From Rebecca billardiae RCC1528 (Eukaryota; Protista; Haptophyta), in contig OZ251244.1 in NCBI GenBank assembly GCA_965240325.2, positions 1,240,001 to 1,304,000 of the forward strand: a DNA stretch of 64,000 nt, given 5' to 3'. Made by a program: the position numbers and the translations under genes. The notes under the pieces are model-generated. The model made no database searches. It was not told the origin of the DNA and saw nothing but the letters and a program-made list of their open reading frames with translations. Every line of letters begins with the position of its first letter. Within the stretch, counting starts at the first letter, position 1. This document shows, piece by piece, positions 35,414 through 46,185 of this stretch.

Positions 35414-37242
35414 TTCTTCTATCTCTCGGTCGGCCGTCGGGGAGTTGCGGTGGAGTGGCGGAGAGGCCCATCATGAACGACGATGAACGCGCAAGCTATG
35501 ACGACAGACAGGTATCGGGACGCGATGATGATGGGCGTTGCGAGGACGTCATCACTATCGGGCGGTATCGGCACCACAGTGACCACCACAACAGGGGTGA
35601 GCTCCCCCGGCTTGGCGTCGACGAACTGACGAAGATGCCCGTGCGGAAGGAAGTTGGTCGCACACACACACTCACTCACTCACTCACTCACTCACCGGTG
35701 TCACGCGACAGTCAGACAGGAACTCCTCACTCAGTCAGTCAGGAAGAAGAAGACCGAAGGCGGGCAAGGCTGGGCATGACGCGCATTTCTCTCATCACGT
35801 CATGACGCTACGCCGTCCACACGTAATTACGCGTCATTCCAACATGCACTCTTGTTGGGACCGTTTCGTCGGTTACATGTTGGTTACATGTCACGACGCG
35901 CCGCGCATGCCCGGCACTCAGAGTCGGAGGCTGCGCACTACAGACGTAGTAACGTGCAGGTGCCAACTGCCACCGGCCTGCTGATCGGGCGATGGCTGGC
36001 GTGCCGCGGCTACGGAACGCAGTGGTGCTATCGTAGTCATCCGCGTTGACTACCGCGGATAGTCGCCGCTCTCTCCCATGAGCCCGGGGCGGCGGGCCCG
36101 GCGCCAGCCGGGCAGCCGGCGGCGCGGCGCGGCGGCGCGTCCCGCCGATCGGCGCGCGCGCCGCGTGCTGTCAGCCCTACGCGCGTGGACTGACGTGGGT
36201 CCGGGTGTGTCAGACGTGGACAGAGCACTATCCGGCCACCACGTGACGCCATTCCTAGCGTCACGTCATGACGCCATGACGTTATGTGACGTCATTTCGC
36301 GCGTATCGCCAGACCAGCCCTGAATGAGGAAGGACGCGTCACGCGTCCATCACAGCCAAGAAGTGAGGAAGAAGGGCAAGATCCACATGCGCGCCTCGTT
36401 TCGGGCCCAGGGAGGCATGCCGCTTGCGAGTCGTTGATGCTCAGATGGGGGCCTCCCACAGGCATGCGCGGGCGTGAGGTGCCTGGCGCGGGCGCGCGGC
36501 GCCGGCGGGCGCGCCCGCACGGGCGTGCATGTATGTGCGGCGGCTCCTGTACCGTGCCAGTGTACCTGCCAGGCCCAGGCGCCCGTCGTGTGGAGCTCCC
36601 ATGACGCGGGGGCCCAGCCCCACCGCACGTGATCTCGAGGTTCGACCGGGCATGGCGCTGATGGCCGACCCCTCGCCGGCTCGCCGCCTCGACGACGGTC
36701 CCGTTGGCACGCGGCCGCGTGGGTACTAGTACTACTAGTACGAGGCGTGCGATGATGATTACCATTATGACCGCCAATCGCCGTTTTCGAGTACTTTCAA
36801 ATACTTGCACTCGCGCAAGAAGATGCTCACACAGTCCACGTCTATCCATCGGCGACGAATGGCAAAAGTTGAGGGCGTGATAAAACCAACACCCCGCGCG
36901 GCAGATACATTCCGCCCACCCGCAATGAGCTGGTTTTTTTCTCACACGCAATCATGAGCGCAAGGCTTGCACTTTGATTTACAGATGATGCTGAGCTACT
37001 CTCGTGGGCCGGTAATATTCTCGCCGACATTCGTTCGCTCGTGTCTCGAAAAATATTCGCGTGCGTCAAGCGTGTCTCGTCGCACACGATGACGAGGCAG
37101 GTCCTACCGGTCGGAATCGTGCCATCGGGGATCCGGTGCGGGCGCTCATCAATGTTCAATAACAACAGCGGCCGCCCGAGCCGCGGGGGCTCGAGCCTCG
37201 AGGCGTCAAAGAGGCAAGGAGCTTTCTTTGCCCCGCGAGGAG

Positions 37243-39048
37243 ATGGAGGGGCGTCCCGCCGCGCGGCCCGTGCGGCTCGCAGCGGTCATGTCCGAGCATA
37301 TTCGCTGGTCGTGGGGCAGCGGGCATGTCGCACGCAATCGCCGTGCGCATGGCGCCGACGATCTCCCGGCCGAGCGCCCCCCCTCGCCGCCGACATCAAT
37401 GGACGAGCACGAGGTGCTCGGTGGCATGGAAGAGCAGTACGCCGGCGAGCACGACGAGGGCTTGGTCCCGACGCAGCAGCACGTGGAGCGCGTGCAGCGG
37501 CGGGGCCCAGGCCGCCCTATCAAGCGCACCCACCCGCGCTTCGTCGTCATGGACGAGGCGCCGCGCCCTCCGCACCTCGACGAGTTGAGCGTGTGCGAGC
37601 TCGATGGGTTTGAGATTGTGAGCTGGGAGGCGCCCTACTCTTTGCGCAAACGCTTGCGCGCCGCGGGCAAGTCGCCGAAGCGCGAGCGCGCGAAGCTTCT
37701 GAAGGGCCGGCCCGTCAACACGTACGCGGGCGCGCCGGGCAGCCCGCGTGGCTCCGACATGGACGTGCTCGCATCGACCAAGCCGGTGATGTGGACGTCG
37801 CCGCTGATGATGGCTCCGCACCTCCCTGCGCCATCGCCTGCTGCCTTACCACAGCCCGAGCACCCGGCCGCAGAGGCCGCGGAGCCGACGAGCTCGCCTG
37901 GTCCGCTGACGGACCCCGCGGCCGACATCACCTCGCATTCGCCCCTCCCGTCGCCTGAGCACGAGCCCATCGCGGTTGCTGAGCACGACAGCCCCGAGGA
38001 GGAGGAGGAGGAGGAGGAGGAGGAGGAGGAGGAGATGGAGGCGGCGGCGCCGCCGCTGAAGGACGAACCTCGGCCCGCCCGCGCAGACGACGGCGCCCGC
38101 ATGCGCGCCGCTTTCATGTCCTCGCCATGGGGCTCGGCCCCTCCGCCGCACGCGATGTCACTCACGCAGAGCGCGCCGCCAAGCGCGTCTGCTCCGGGCT
38201 ACTACGGCTACCGCCACCACGAGCACAACGGCTACTGGGCGCTGATGACGCCGGAGACCGGGGCGCAACCCGCGCCTTACCCGCCCAACCACATGTGTGC
38301 TGCCCACGACGCATGGGGGCGCCCTCCGCCGGGCGGGAACATGCCTATGGGCATGTCCGGGCTGCCGCCCCGGTCGCAGTACGGCCCGAGCTACCGTGGG
38401 CCGCCGATGCATCCGGGCGCGATGCCGCCGGGCATGTACGGCCCGCCGCCGCCCGGTCACGGGTACCCGCCCCCCCGCCCGCCAGCCATGTGGTCGTACG
38501 CGCCAGGCGGCGGGCCCGGTGGGATGGGCGCGAAGATCGGCGCGCCGCCCGGCTATGGCCCGCCCCCGGGTATGTACGCCGCTGCCCCGCCCCCGCCCTT
38601 CGCGCCGCCGCCACCGCCGGGCTACCCGGGATGGCGCCCACCGCCGGGCCACGCCGACGGCCGGGGCTACGCTGGCATGATGCCGCCGATGGGTCCTCCG
38701 ATGGCGCCGCAGCAGGCGGCGCCGCCGCACGCCCCGCCGTCGATGCAGCCACCGCCGAAGGAGCAGCCTTCTCGACGCGCGCAGCAGGCAGCGCCGCCCT
38801 ACTACGCGACGGTGCCAAACCACGCCGCCAAGCGGAGTGGCAGCCGCGCCGTCGAGCTCAACAAGCCGGGCGAGACGGTCATGCTCTACGTTCGCGTGGA
38901 GGGCGAGCCCAACGGCCCGAACCACGAGCAGGCGTGCCAGCAGGCCATCGTGCACGCTCTTTCGCACCTACGGCCAGACATGCTCGCCACCGGCACGCCG
39001 ACGGTCACGTGCTACCCTTTCGACACCAACTCGGCGCCCAAGGCGTAG
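37243..39048 (+). CDS. Proline-rich protein of unknown function (poly-Glu, PPPGY/M repeats, small globular C-terminal domain)
   Basis: ORF of about 600 aa with coding-like codon use, (GAG)13 at 37996-38034, a basic segment LRKRLRAAGKSPKRERAK, and an ordered C-terminus VELNKPGETVMLYVRVEG...VTCYPFD. Confidence 0.78.
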   Translation: MEGRPAARPVRLAAVMSEHIRWSWGSGHVARNRRAHGADDLPAERPPSPPTSMDEHEVLGGMEEQYAGEHDEGLVPTQQHVERVQRRGPGRPIKRTHPRFVVMDEAPRPPHLDELSVCELDGFEIVSWEAPYSLRKRLRAAGKSPKRERAKLLKGRPVNTYAGAPGSPRGSDMDVLASTKPVMWTSPLMMAPHLPAPSPAALPQPEHPAAEAAEPTSSPGPLTDPAADITSHSPLPSPEHEPIAVAEHDSPEEEEEEEEEEEEEMEAAAPPLKDEPRPARADDGARMRAAFMSSPWGSAPPPHAMSLTQSAPPSASAPGYYGYRHHEHNGYWALMTPETGAQPAPYPPNHMCAAHDAWGRPPPGGNMPMGMSGLPPRSQYGPSYRGPPMHPGAMPPGMYGPPPPGHGYPPPRPPAMWSYAPGGGPGGMGAKIGAPPGYGPPPGMYAAAPPPPFAPPPPPGYPGWRPPPGHADGRGYAGMMPPMGPPMAPQQAAPPHAPPSMQPPPKEQPSRRAQQAAPPYYATVPNHAAKRSGSRAVELNKPGETVMLYVRVEGEPNGPNHEQACQQAIVHALSHLRPDMLATGTPTVTCYPFDTNSAPKA

Positions 39049-40375
39049 ATCTGCGAGACGACTACTGGCTCGACTACGCGTGGCGCGAAGGTGCGCCGCC
39101 GCGCGCGCGCCTCTGTTTCTGCGATGCGCACGCTCATCGAGCCAGCGCCGCGCTGGCACAGATCTCACCGTTGTGCCTGCTTCCTCCTCTGTGTGCCCCC
39201 GCGCCCCAGGACGCCTTTGGTCGGCACTCGCGCCCCGAGCCGAGTCACACATGCCGCGGTCCGCCGCCTCTGCTGCCCGCGCAGCCGACTCTGGACTCGG
39301 CACTTGCTTGGCATCGTCTGCGCGATTCTCACTTGACGGCGGACCCGATTCGGCGGCGCCCGTCCATCCATCGCTCGGGCCTGCGCGGCCCTCGGCCCGC
39401 CACGCGTTCGATCTGAGACTGAAGGCTGCCGCGCGCCTTACGCGACTGGTGCCCAAGCCCAAGACCAAGTTAGAAGGCGCTGCATCTGGCACTCTGATGA
39501 TGGCCTGATGCTGACCCGCGGCCGCTGCCACTTGCCAGGCGGTTGAAACTAGCTATTCCTTGTATAGCTCTCTGCGTCCGTTACGTAGCCCTCTTCGCTA
39601 CCGTACTAATGATGCCCTGCCACGGCAGACAGGAAGGGTCGTGATGTGAGCCCCCGAACTCCGGCGCTAGCGACAGCGCCGGCGCGGCGCCCAGCTCACG
39701 TACAGACGTACGTGTACACAGCAATGCTGCTGACCGCCGCCGCCACGGGCCCGCTTGCGCGCCCGGACCGTGTCACGGGACGGGACCGGACTTTCACGGT
39801 GGTCCGCGCGGTCGAATGGCTCACGTCCATGATCCATTCGCGAGCTGTTTCGGTCTCGTGGGTTGCTGGCCGTCGTGGCATTCGCTTGAGGCGGGCGGTG
39901 ACGCCGTCGCGCCGTGCACAGCGTGAGGCGCAATCGTCCGGTGTGCGCCGTGAGCCCCGATCCGCGCCGCCTCGGGGCCTACCTTCACGCCTGCTGGGAG
40001 CAGCACGTGCGCGCACTGCGCGAAGGCAGCACAGACATGCTCGTGGGACGCCCGCGCGCGCGTGCCGCGCAACTTGATCGATGGCGTGCGCGCGCTGCCG
40101 CGGGGCAAGGCAGCGCTGGTGAATGCGCGGGGCCCGCCTCGCTCGGCTTCCCGTGAGTTCGGCACTACGCGCTACGTTTTACGACTGATGACGAATGAAA
40201 ACTCATCAAACTGATGATTCAGCGGCGCACTTGCGCGTACTGCCGTACTTCAATAAGATTCCCGTTGAGACTGCGCTAGTCTCAACATCCCGTGACTCCA
40301 ATGATGCTGAGATCGAACTTTCGATCCTCCTTATCATCATATCACGACCATCGTCGTCCGTACAGCTACAGTTTA

Positions 40376-40455
40376 CTAAGAATAAGAGACGCACACAGCT
40401 CAGGCAGGCGAGATTTGCTAAGAATAAGAGACGCACACAGCTCAGGCAGGCGAGA
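40376..40455 (+). repeat. Tandem pair of a 42-bp unit that is also dispersed (partial at 2211-2240; inverted at about 22277-22324)
   Basis: CTAAGAATAAGAGACGCACACAGCTCAGGCAGGCGAGA x2. Confidence 0.88.
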
Positions 40456-42561
40456 CGCACGAAGAACGCACAGTCGCAACTCGCAAGCAGCTCATGTCAG
40501 GCAGACGCCAGCTGTGAGGTGATTGGTAGTCCGCGTGGCACCCGTTCAAGTCACGCTATGACAGTATGACTATCCCCTTACCGTCGCAGTTCAATCTGCT
40601 TCATCGTATGGAAGCAGATGTGACGGCGGCCGCTGCGCGGGTTTGCGGCCCACCCACGCGCGCCTGGGAGTTGAACACGGCTTGAGCGTGTCCAGGCATG
40701 GTCTAGCTACTCTCAGACAGCCGCCAGCCTAGTACCTCCACCTTCACCGCCTCCACGATGGCAACGCGCGGCGGCGCCGAGCTGCCGTCGTGCTCAGTCA
40801 GGCTGGGCACTCGACTGGCCCGCGACACCCGGCTGCACTCCTTGCAGCCGCTTCAAGCACGTGGGCGACCGGACAAGATGATTGTGGACAGTGTATGTGT
40901 ATATACTGCGCGCGTTACTCTGCGCGCGTTCGCATGACCGATCACGCTGAAAGTGCCCACCAGCCAGTCGCGCGGGACACGCTGACTGAGGCACGGGTCG
41001 GGCTCCTTCCTTGCGGCACGCCGCACGCGGTATGTACACCGAGTGCACGTCAGGCAGGCGCTTGGCGGGAGTGGTGGTATCGCTTCTTCGCCTGTCTTGG
41101 CGTCGAGCGCAGGCGCGACGCGCGTACCCCTCGCAAGTACACCCTACTCGTGCTCCGTGTCACTCGGAGAGACGGAGAGCCCACAGTGGGGGATCTTGAG
41201 CTCGAGGTGCAGCGTACGAGCCTACGGGCGCTGAGTGGCAGCCTACCGACCGGCGCACGGGTGACGACCGTCATCCATTACGATATGTACCCCTCCCAGC
41301 CTCACGCCGCAGCCTGAAGATCACCTCCGCAGCGGTTTGAGCACCACCAACACCGCTGCTGTGGAAGGCGTAGCTCGTGATGATGACGACATCAGCTCGG
41401 CCCGAGCCTGCTACCTGGTCGGCCGTCGGCGGAACCGCGCGGACGGCCACACGGCGTCAAACTCACCAACCGCACGTTCAGGGTCTGAGCGCTCCTTGTG
41501 CATTACGACGGGTCTGAGGCGGCGTGCCCAGCTCGGACGCCATCCTCGATCGTCGCAGATATCTTCCGGACGACCACCAGCCACGGACCGAGAGAGAGCG
41601 ACCTACGACGGCCGACGCAGTCCGCACTCCGCAGTCCGCAGTCGAGGCGGCTGATTCGTAGCTGACGTCGTAAGACCATTATACGCTACAAGCTTCTCGT
41701 TCTTCCCAGTTCTCACTCCTCTACGCGCGTTGAGTAGTAATAAGATGTAGATTGTAGTAGTTACTTACAGTCACCAGCAAGTATTGTTCGCTCCGCAGAC
41801 AGTACGACCTATGCCGGCTATGCGCAGTCCAAATATTCGGCCACCATCGTCAGCGACTCAGACGGCCACGCACTGGGGCGGGCCACTGGCCTCGGCGAGC
41901 GGCTCCGGACTCGCCTACTCTGCCTAACCTCGGTCCTGGGCCTGCCGTGCCGCACGCTGCTTCGTTCGGCAGCATCGCACGGGCGTGCGGCTGTCTTATT
42001 CTGTATTGCGGATTTGGGTGGATGTCGATTGGATGGGTTGATGGGCTGGGCGGGATACCACTGACTGACTCACCATGTGACCGTGTCCGTTCCGGACACT
42101 TCGGCCTTCCGGCTTCCGCAGTCACATCATTAGTCAGTCACCCGAGTGAGTGATGAGCACTGTCTGTCTGTGACTGCGTGAGTGGGGGTCTGCCTGCCTG
42201 CCTGAGTCAGTCCGAGACTGCTCCGAGTCAGACGACTGCTACGGTGTGCGCCGCCACAGCCACAGACATGCCGTGTGACGACCCGGCCCGCGGCCCGCCG
42301 CTCATCTGCTGGCTCAGTAGTACAGTGCCTGTCCACATGCCACTCGGTGAGCCATCTGACGTGAGTATAATGTAGTCACATTGTCATATAAATGTCAATA
42401 TTTGACTCAGTAGGTGGACTACTGGTGGAGGTTATTATGACGACATCGTCATATCCTCAACAAGACAATACAACAATAAGTCGACCTCGCGGCCCGTCCG
42501 TCATCATTGCTTATACGAAGCTCCTGCAACTGTATACTTATTTTATATATTGCACACTGAT

Positions 42562-42854
42562 GTCACTAACTGATAAAACATGACACGTCGGCCGGGACTG
42601 ATCCCTTACTGATCAGACATGACACGTCCGACGTCGGGGGGCATGCAGCAGTGGCCACTATATTGCTCAGGCGTCTGTCTGTCCGTCCCGCTTATTATTA
42701 CGACACGGACCGAAGGCCTGGCGGCCAGGCGGCGGCGCGCCGCCTGAGCAATATGGTGGCCACTGCTGCATGCCCCCCGACGTCGGACGTGTCATGCGTC
42801 CGATCACTTAGTGATCAGTCCCGGCCGACGTGTCATGTTTTACCAATTAGTGAC
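42562..42854. mobile_element. Fold-back/MITE-like inverted repeat (arms of about 112 bp, loop of about 67 bp)
   Basis: 42562-42673 is the near-exact reverse complement of 42741-42854. Confidence 0.85.
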
Positions 42855-43110
42855 CAGTCAGCCTCGTCGGCGTATTATTATGTTGACAGTATAAGCTGAC
42901 GAAGCTAGGTTTGATGGCACTGCCGCCGTCGAATCAGGAGACCCGGCCGCGTCGTCCTACCTGTGTCGTTAAATCATCATAGAATGATATATGAGTATAG
43001 ATAGATGTACGAGTAGCAGTGCGTCTGCCAGGTGGGTCGACGGGTAGACCGGGTCAGTAGTGGCGCCGACTGGGTAGTCCAGAGAATATAGAGATGGTCA
43101 GCTCGACTGC

Positions 43111-43263
43111 CAGAGCGTGTACATGTCACTGCTCGCAGCGGACCGTACTGTACCGGTACGCTCGAAGAGCCACCGACTGCCGCCCCTGCGCCGCAGAGCG
43201 TGTACATGTTGCTCGCAGCGGACCCGGTACGCTCGAATGAGCCACACTGCCGCCCCTGCGCCG
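43111..43263 (+). repeat. Tandem duplication (unit of about 70-83 bp)
   Basis: CAGAGCGTGTACATGT...TGCTCGCAGCGGACC...GGTACGCTCGAA...ACTGCCGCCCCTGCGCCG x2. Confidence 0.85.
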
Positions 43264-43831
43264 CAGCTTACCCTGTACAGTAGCCTGTAGGCCAGCACGT
43301 TCCCTGCCAGGCCCGGGCTAAACGCTGCTCCCAGCAGTGACAGTGTTCCGCGTTCTACTTCTTCTTCTTTTCGTCTTCTTTATTTACTGCTACATTGAGA
43401 AGTCACATCTTCCGCGGCGATGATATGATGAAGTATACTTTATTACTATATTCCATACTCGGGCATACAGCATACTCGAGCAGTCTGCAGTAGCAGTAGT
43501 ACTCATCCTCATCCTGTCGGCGCGCTGTCGCATCATCGGCGCCCAGCCGGAGACTAGTTCGGACGACGACGTTTTGTGGACGACGGTGGGGCGAGGACGA
43601 CGGGCGCTGGCGCGCCGCGAGGCGGCCGCAGCCCTCATCCAGGCCTCGCAGGCGGACAGCTGATTGAATCCGTTCCGACGGCGCACCACCCCGGCGACGG
43701 CTTCATGGCGGTGAGTCAGACCCTGCCGCCAGCTGGGTGAGTGACAGTTGGCGGGCGAACTCAGAAAATCGGCGGCGTGTTTTTGGACTTCGGAGCCGCG
43801 GCCGAGTGGGCCGTAAACTCGCCGAGCGACG

Positions 43832-45811
43832 ATGGCGGCGCGGCTGCTGATGAGCTGCGCGACGCTCGCTGCCGGGCTGGGCGGCACTACCCCCGGCGCG
43901 CGCACCGCGCCGCCTCCCGCGCGCCCACCGGCGTTCGCATCCGCGCTTCGCCTCCTGCGCCACGGGGACTTGGCAGCCCTCGCCGCGGCGCGTGCCGACG
44001 AGCCGGTGAGCTCTGTTCGACTGAACGGCAGAATCGTCTACTTGGTCTCGGAGACGCAGCTGGCGCGGCAGGTGTGCGTGGAGCACGCCGCGAGCTTTTC
44101 CGATCGGAACGACCGCGGCACGCACGACCTCGGCATCGTCTCCGCCGTCGGCTGCACGTGGGCCGCCAACCGACGAGCGCTCAGCGCGGCACTCATGGGC
44201 AAGCGCGCGCGACGGGCGCACGAGGCCGCAGTCCAGGCTGTCGTGAGCAGCGACGCAGCCAGCGCGCTGCTGGCGGCGTACCCGAGCGCGAGCCCCGCGC
44301 GCGAGCTCGCGCCGGCCGTGCGTGCCCTCACCGCGACGATCGTCGCGCGCATCGTTCTCGGCTGCCCTGAGGGTCCGGCGACCGATTGGAGGCCACTTGA
44401 GCGGCCGTTGGAGCGGCCTCTGGGGCGGCAGTTGGAGCGGCCGTTGGAGCGGCCTCTGCCTCCGGCGTGGCCCCGTGCCTCGGGCTCAGGGGCTCCGGCC
44501 GTCGCGGCGCCGCGCGCGCGGCGCGGCGCGGCGCTGCGCCGTCATCTCCGAGCGCTGAGACAGACTTGCGCGCACGCGGCCGCACACTCGTGGCTGCGCG
44601 CGCAGCAGTGCGCCGTGCTCGCCGCGCGGCCGCGAGCGCCCTTCTTCCGCTTCGTCGTGGCGTTCACGGGGCGCGACAGCAGAGTGGCGCGCACGCGAGC
44701 GCGGCTGCTTGCGGGCTGGGCAGGGTGTGGCCGCGGGCGCGAGGCGGAGTCGGATGCACAGCTCGTGCAGCGGGCTCTGGCGCACGCGCACGCGGCGCGG
44801 CGCGACGGCGCGCCGAGCGCCGCTGAGCAGCAGGGCGGCAGCGTGCTCGCCTGTCTTCTGGGCGCAGCCGCCGAGCCCACGCCCTCCGCCGCGGCCGCCG
44901 CCGCCTGCCCTGCGGCAGCGGCCTCAGGCTCGGCCTCGCACGGCGCGCACGACCGTGCCAAGACAACCGCTGCGGAGCCGCGCGCGCGCGCGCCGGCTGA
45001 GCCCGGTGCGCGCGCGCTGCCGCTGAGCCTGCGCACGCCGGCCGAGCCCGGGGCGCGCGCGCTGCTGCAGGACCTGCTCGTGGCGGGCTCGTCGACGACG
45101 GCGTCGGCGGCGCTCTCCGCCCTGCTGCTGCTCGAGGCGGACGACGGCGCGCGCGCGCGCGTGCTGAAGGAGTGCGCGCGCGTGCTCGGGGCAGAGGGTG
45201 GCGCGAGCGCGGCGGCGGAAGGCGGCGGTGAGGACGAGCTGCCGCCGGTAATAAAAAAAAAAAACGCGGACTTGCTGGCGGCCATGCCCTTCACCGTGGC
45301 GTGCGTGCGCGAGGCGATGCGACTCAACCCGCCCGCGCCGCTCATCTTCCGAGTCGCCAACGCAGAGGCGCGGCTCGTCGGCCCGGCGGGTGAGGCGCTG
45401 CTGGTCGCGCCGGGCTCGGCGGTGGTGATGAGCTCGCGGCTGCTCAGCACGGACCCGCGTGCGTGGCCCCGCCCGCACGCGTTTTGGCCCGAGCGCTGGC
45501 TGGGCGGCGGCGGCGGCGGCGGCGGCGCAGTGGGGCCGTCCGCGCCCGCGCTGTCCGAGATGTCGTTCGGGGCAGGGCCGCGCGCGTGCGTGGGCGAGCA
45601 GATGGCCATGACCATCGCACCGCTCCTCGTCGGCCACGTGCTGAGGCAGCGCGTCGCCATGGCCGTTGCCAGCGCGCCGCCGTCGGCCGCCGCGCCGTCG
45701 CCGTCGGCCGCGGACCGTGACGGCGACGCGCCGGCGCCGGCGTCGCCAGCGGTGCCCCGGACTGACGGGCCGACGCAGCGGCAGACCAGTCCGCGGCCAC
45801 GGTGCCAATGA
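43832..45811 (+). CDS. Cytochrome P450 (divergent, single exon)
   Basis: I-helix DLLVAGSSTTA, K-helix EAMR, PERF-like FWPERW, heme motif FGAGPRACVG. The N-terminus resembles a signal/transit peptide. Confidence 0.92.
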   Translation: MAARLLMSCATLAAGLGGTTPGARTAPPPARPPAFASALRLLRHGDLAALAAARADEPVSSVRLNGRIVYLVSETQLARQVCVEHAASFSDRNDRGTHDLGIVSAVGCTWAANRRALSAALMGKRARRAHEAAVQAVVSSDAASALLAAYPSASPARELAPAVRALTATIVARIVLGCPEGPATDWRPLERPLERPLGRQLERPLERPLPPAWPRASGSGAPAVAAPRARRGAALRRHLRALRQTCAHAAAHSWLRAQQCAVLAARPRAPFFRFVVAFTGRDSRVARTRARLLAGWAGCGRGREAESDAQLVQRALAHAHAARRDGAPSAAEQQGGSVLACLLGAAAEPTPSAAAAAACPAAAASGSASHGAHDRAKTTAAEPRARAPAEPGARALPLSLRTPAEPGARALLQDLLVAGSSTTASAALSALLLLEADDGARARVLKECARVLGAEGGASAAAEGGGEDELPPVIKKKNADLLAAMPFTVACVREAMRLNPPAPLIFRVANAEARLVGPAGEALLVAPGSAVVMSSRLLSTDPRAWPRPHAFWPERWLGGGGGGGGAVGPSAPALSEMSFGAGPRACVGEQMAMTIAPLLVGHVLRQRVAMAVASAPPSAAAPSPSAADRDGDAPAPASPAVPRTDGPTQRQTSPRPRCQ

Positions 45812-46185
45812 CTTCACCCCGGACCACTGCACTGCACCAGCAGCACCCGTGTAAGCCCGTCACTTGCGGCCCGTCTGCTCTGGCCTCTGGGCGAACTCTC
45901 GCTGATGCGGCGCCAATGCCGACACGTCACGGTCACACAGGACAGTGCCGGTGCGGACTGCCGGGACGCGCCGCCGCGGAGTGCATCTGCAGCATCATCA
46001 TTACATCGTCAAGACGCGCCAGCTGATCGATCCGTGTCAACCGCAGTGTCAAGCTGCATGCCGATACCGACAGCTATCCGATACGCCGTTCACGTCGTTG
46101 TCCATAAAATACTTACGCCTACCGGCGGTACGTAGCCGTAGGGCGTAGTCTGAGTCAGACAGAGAGTCTGTGTAGTACGTCTCAG

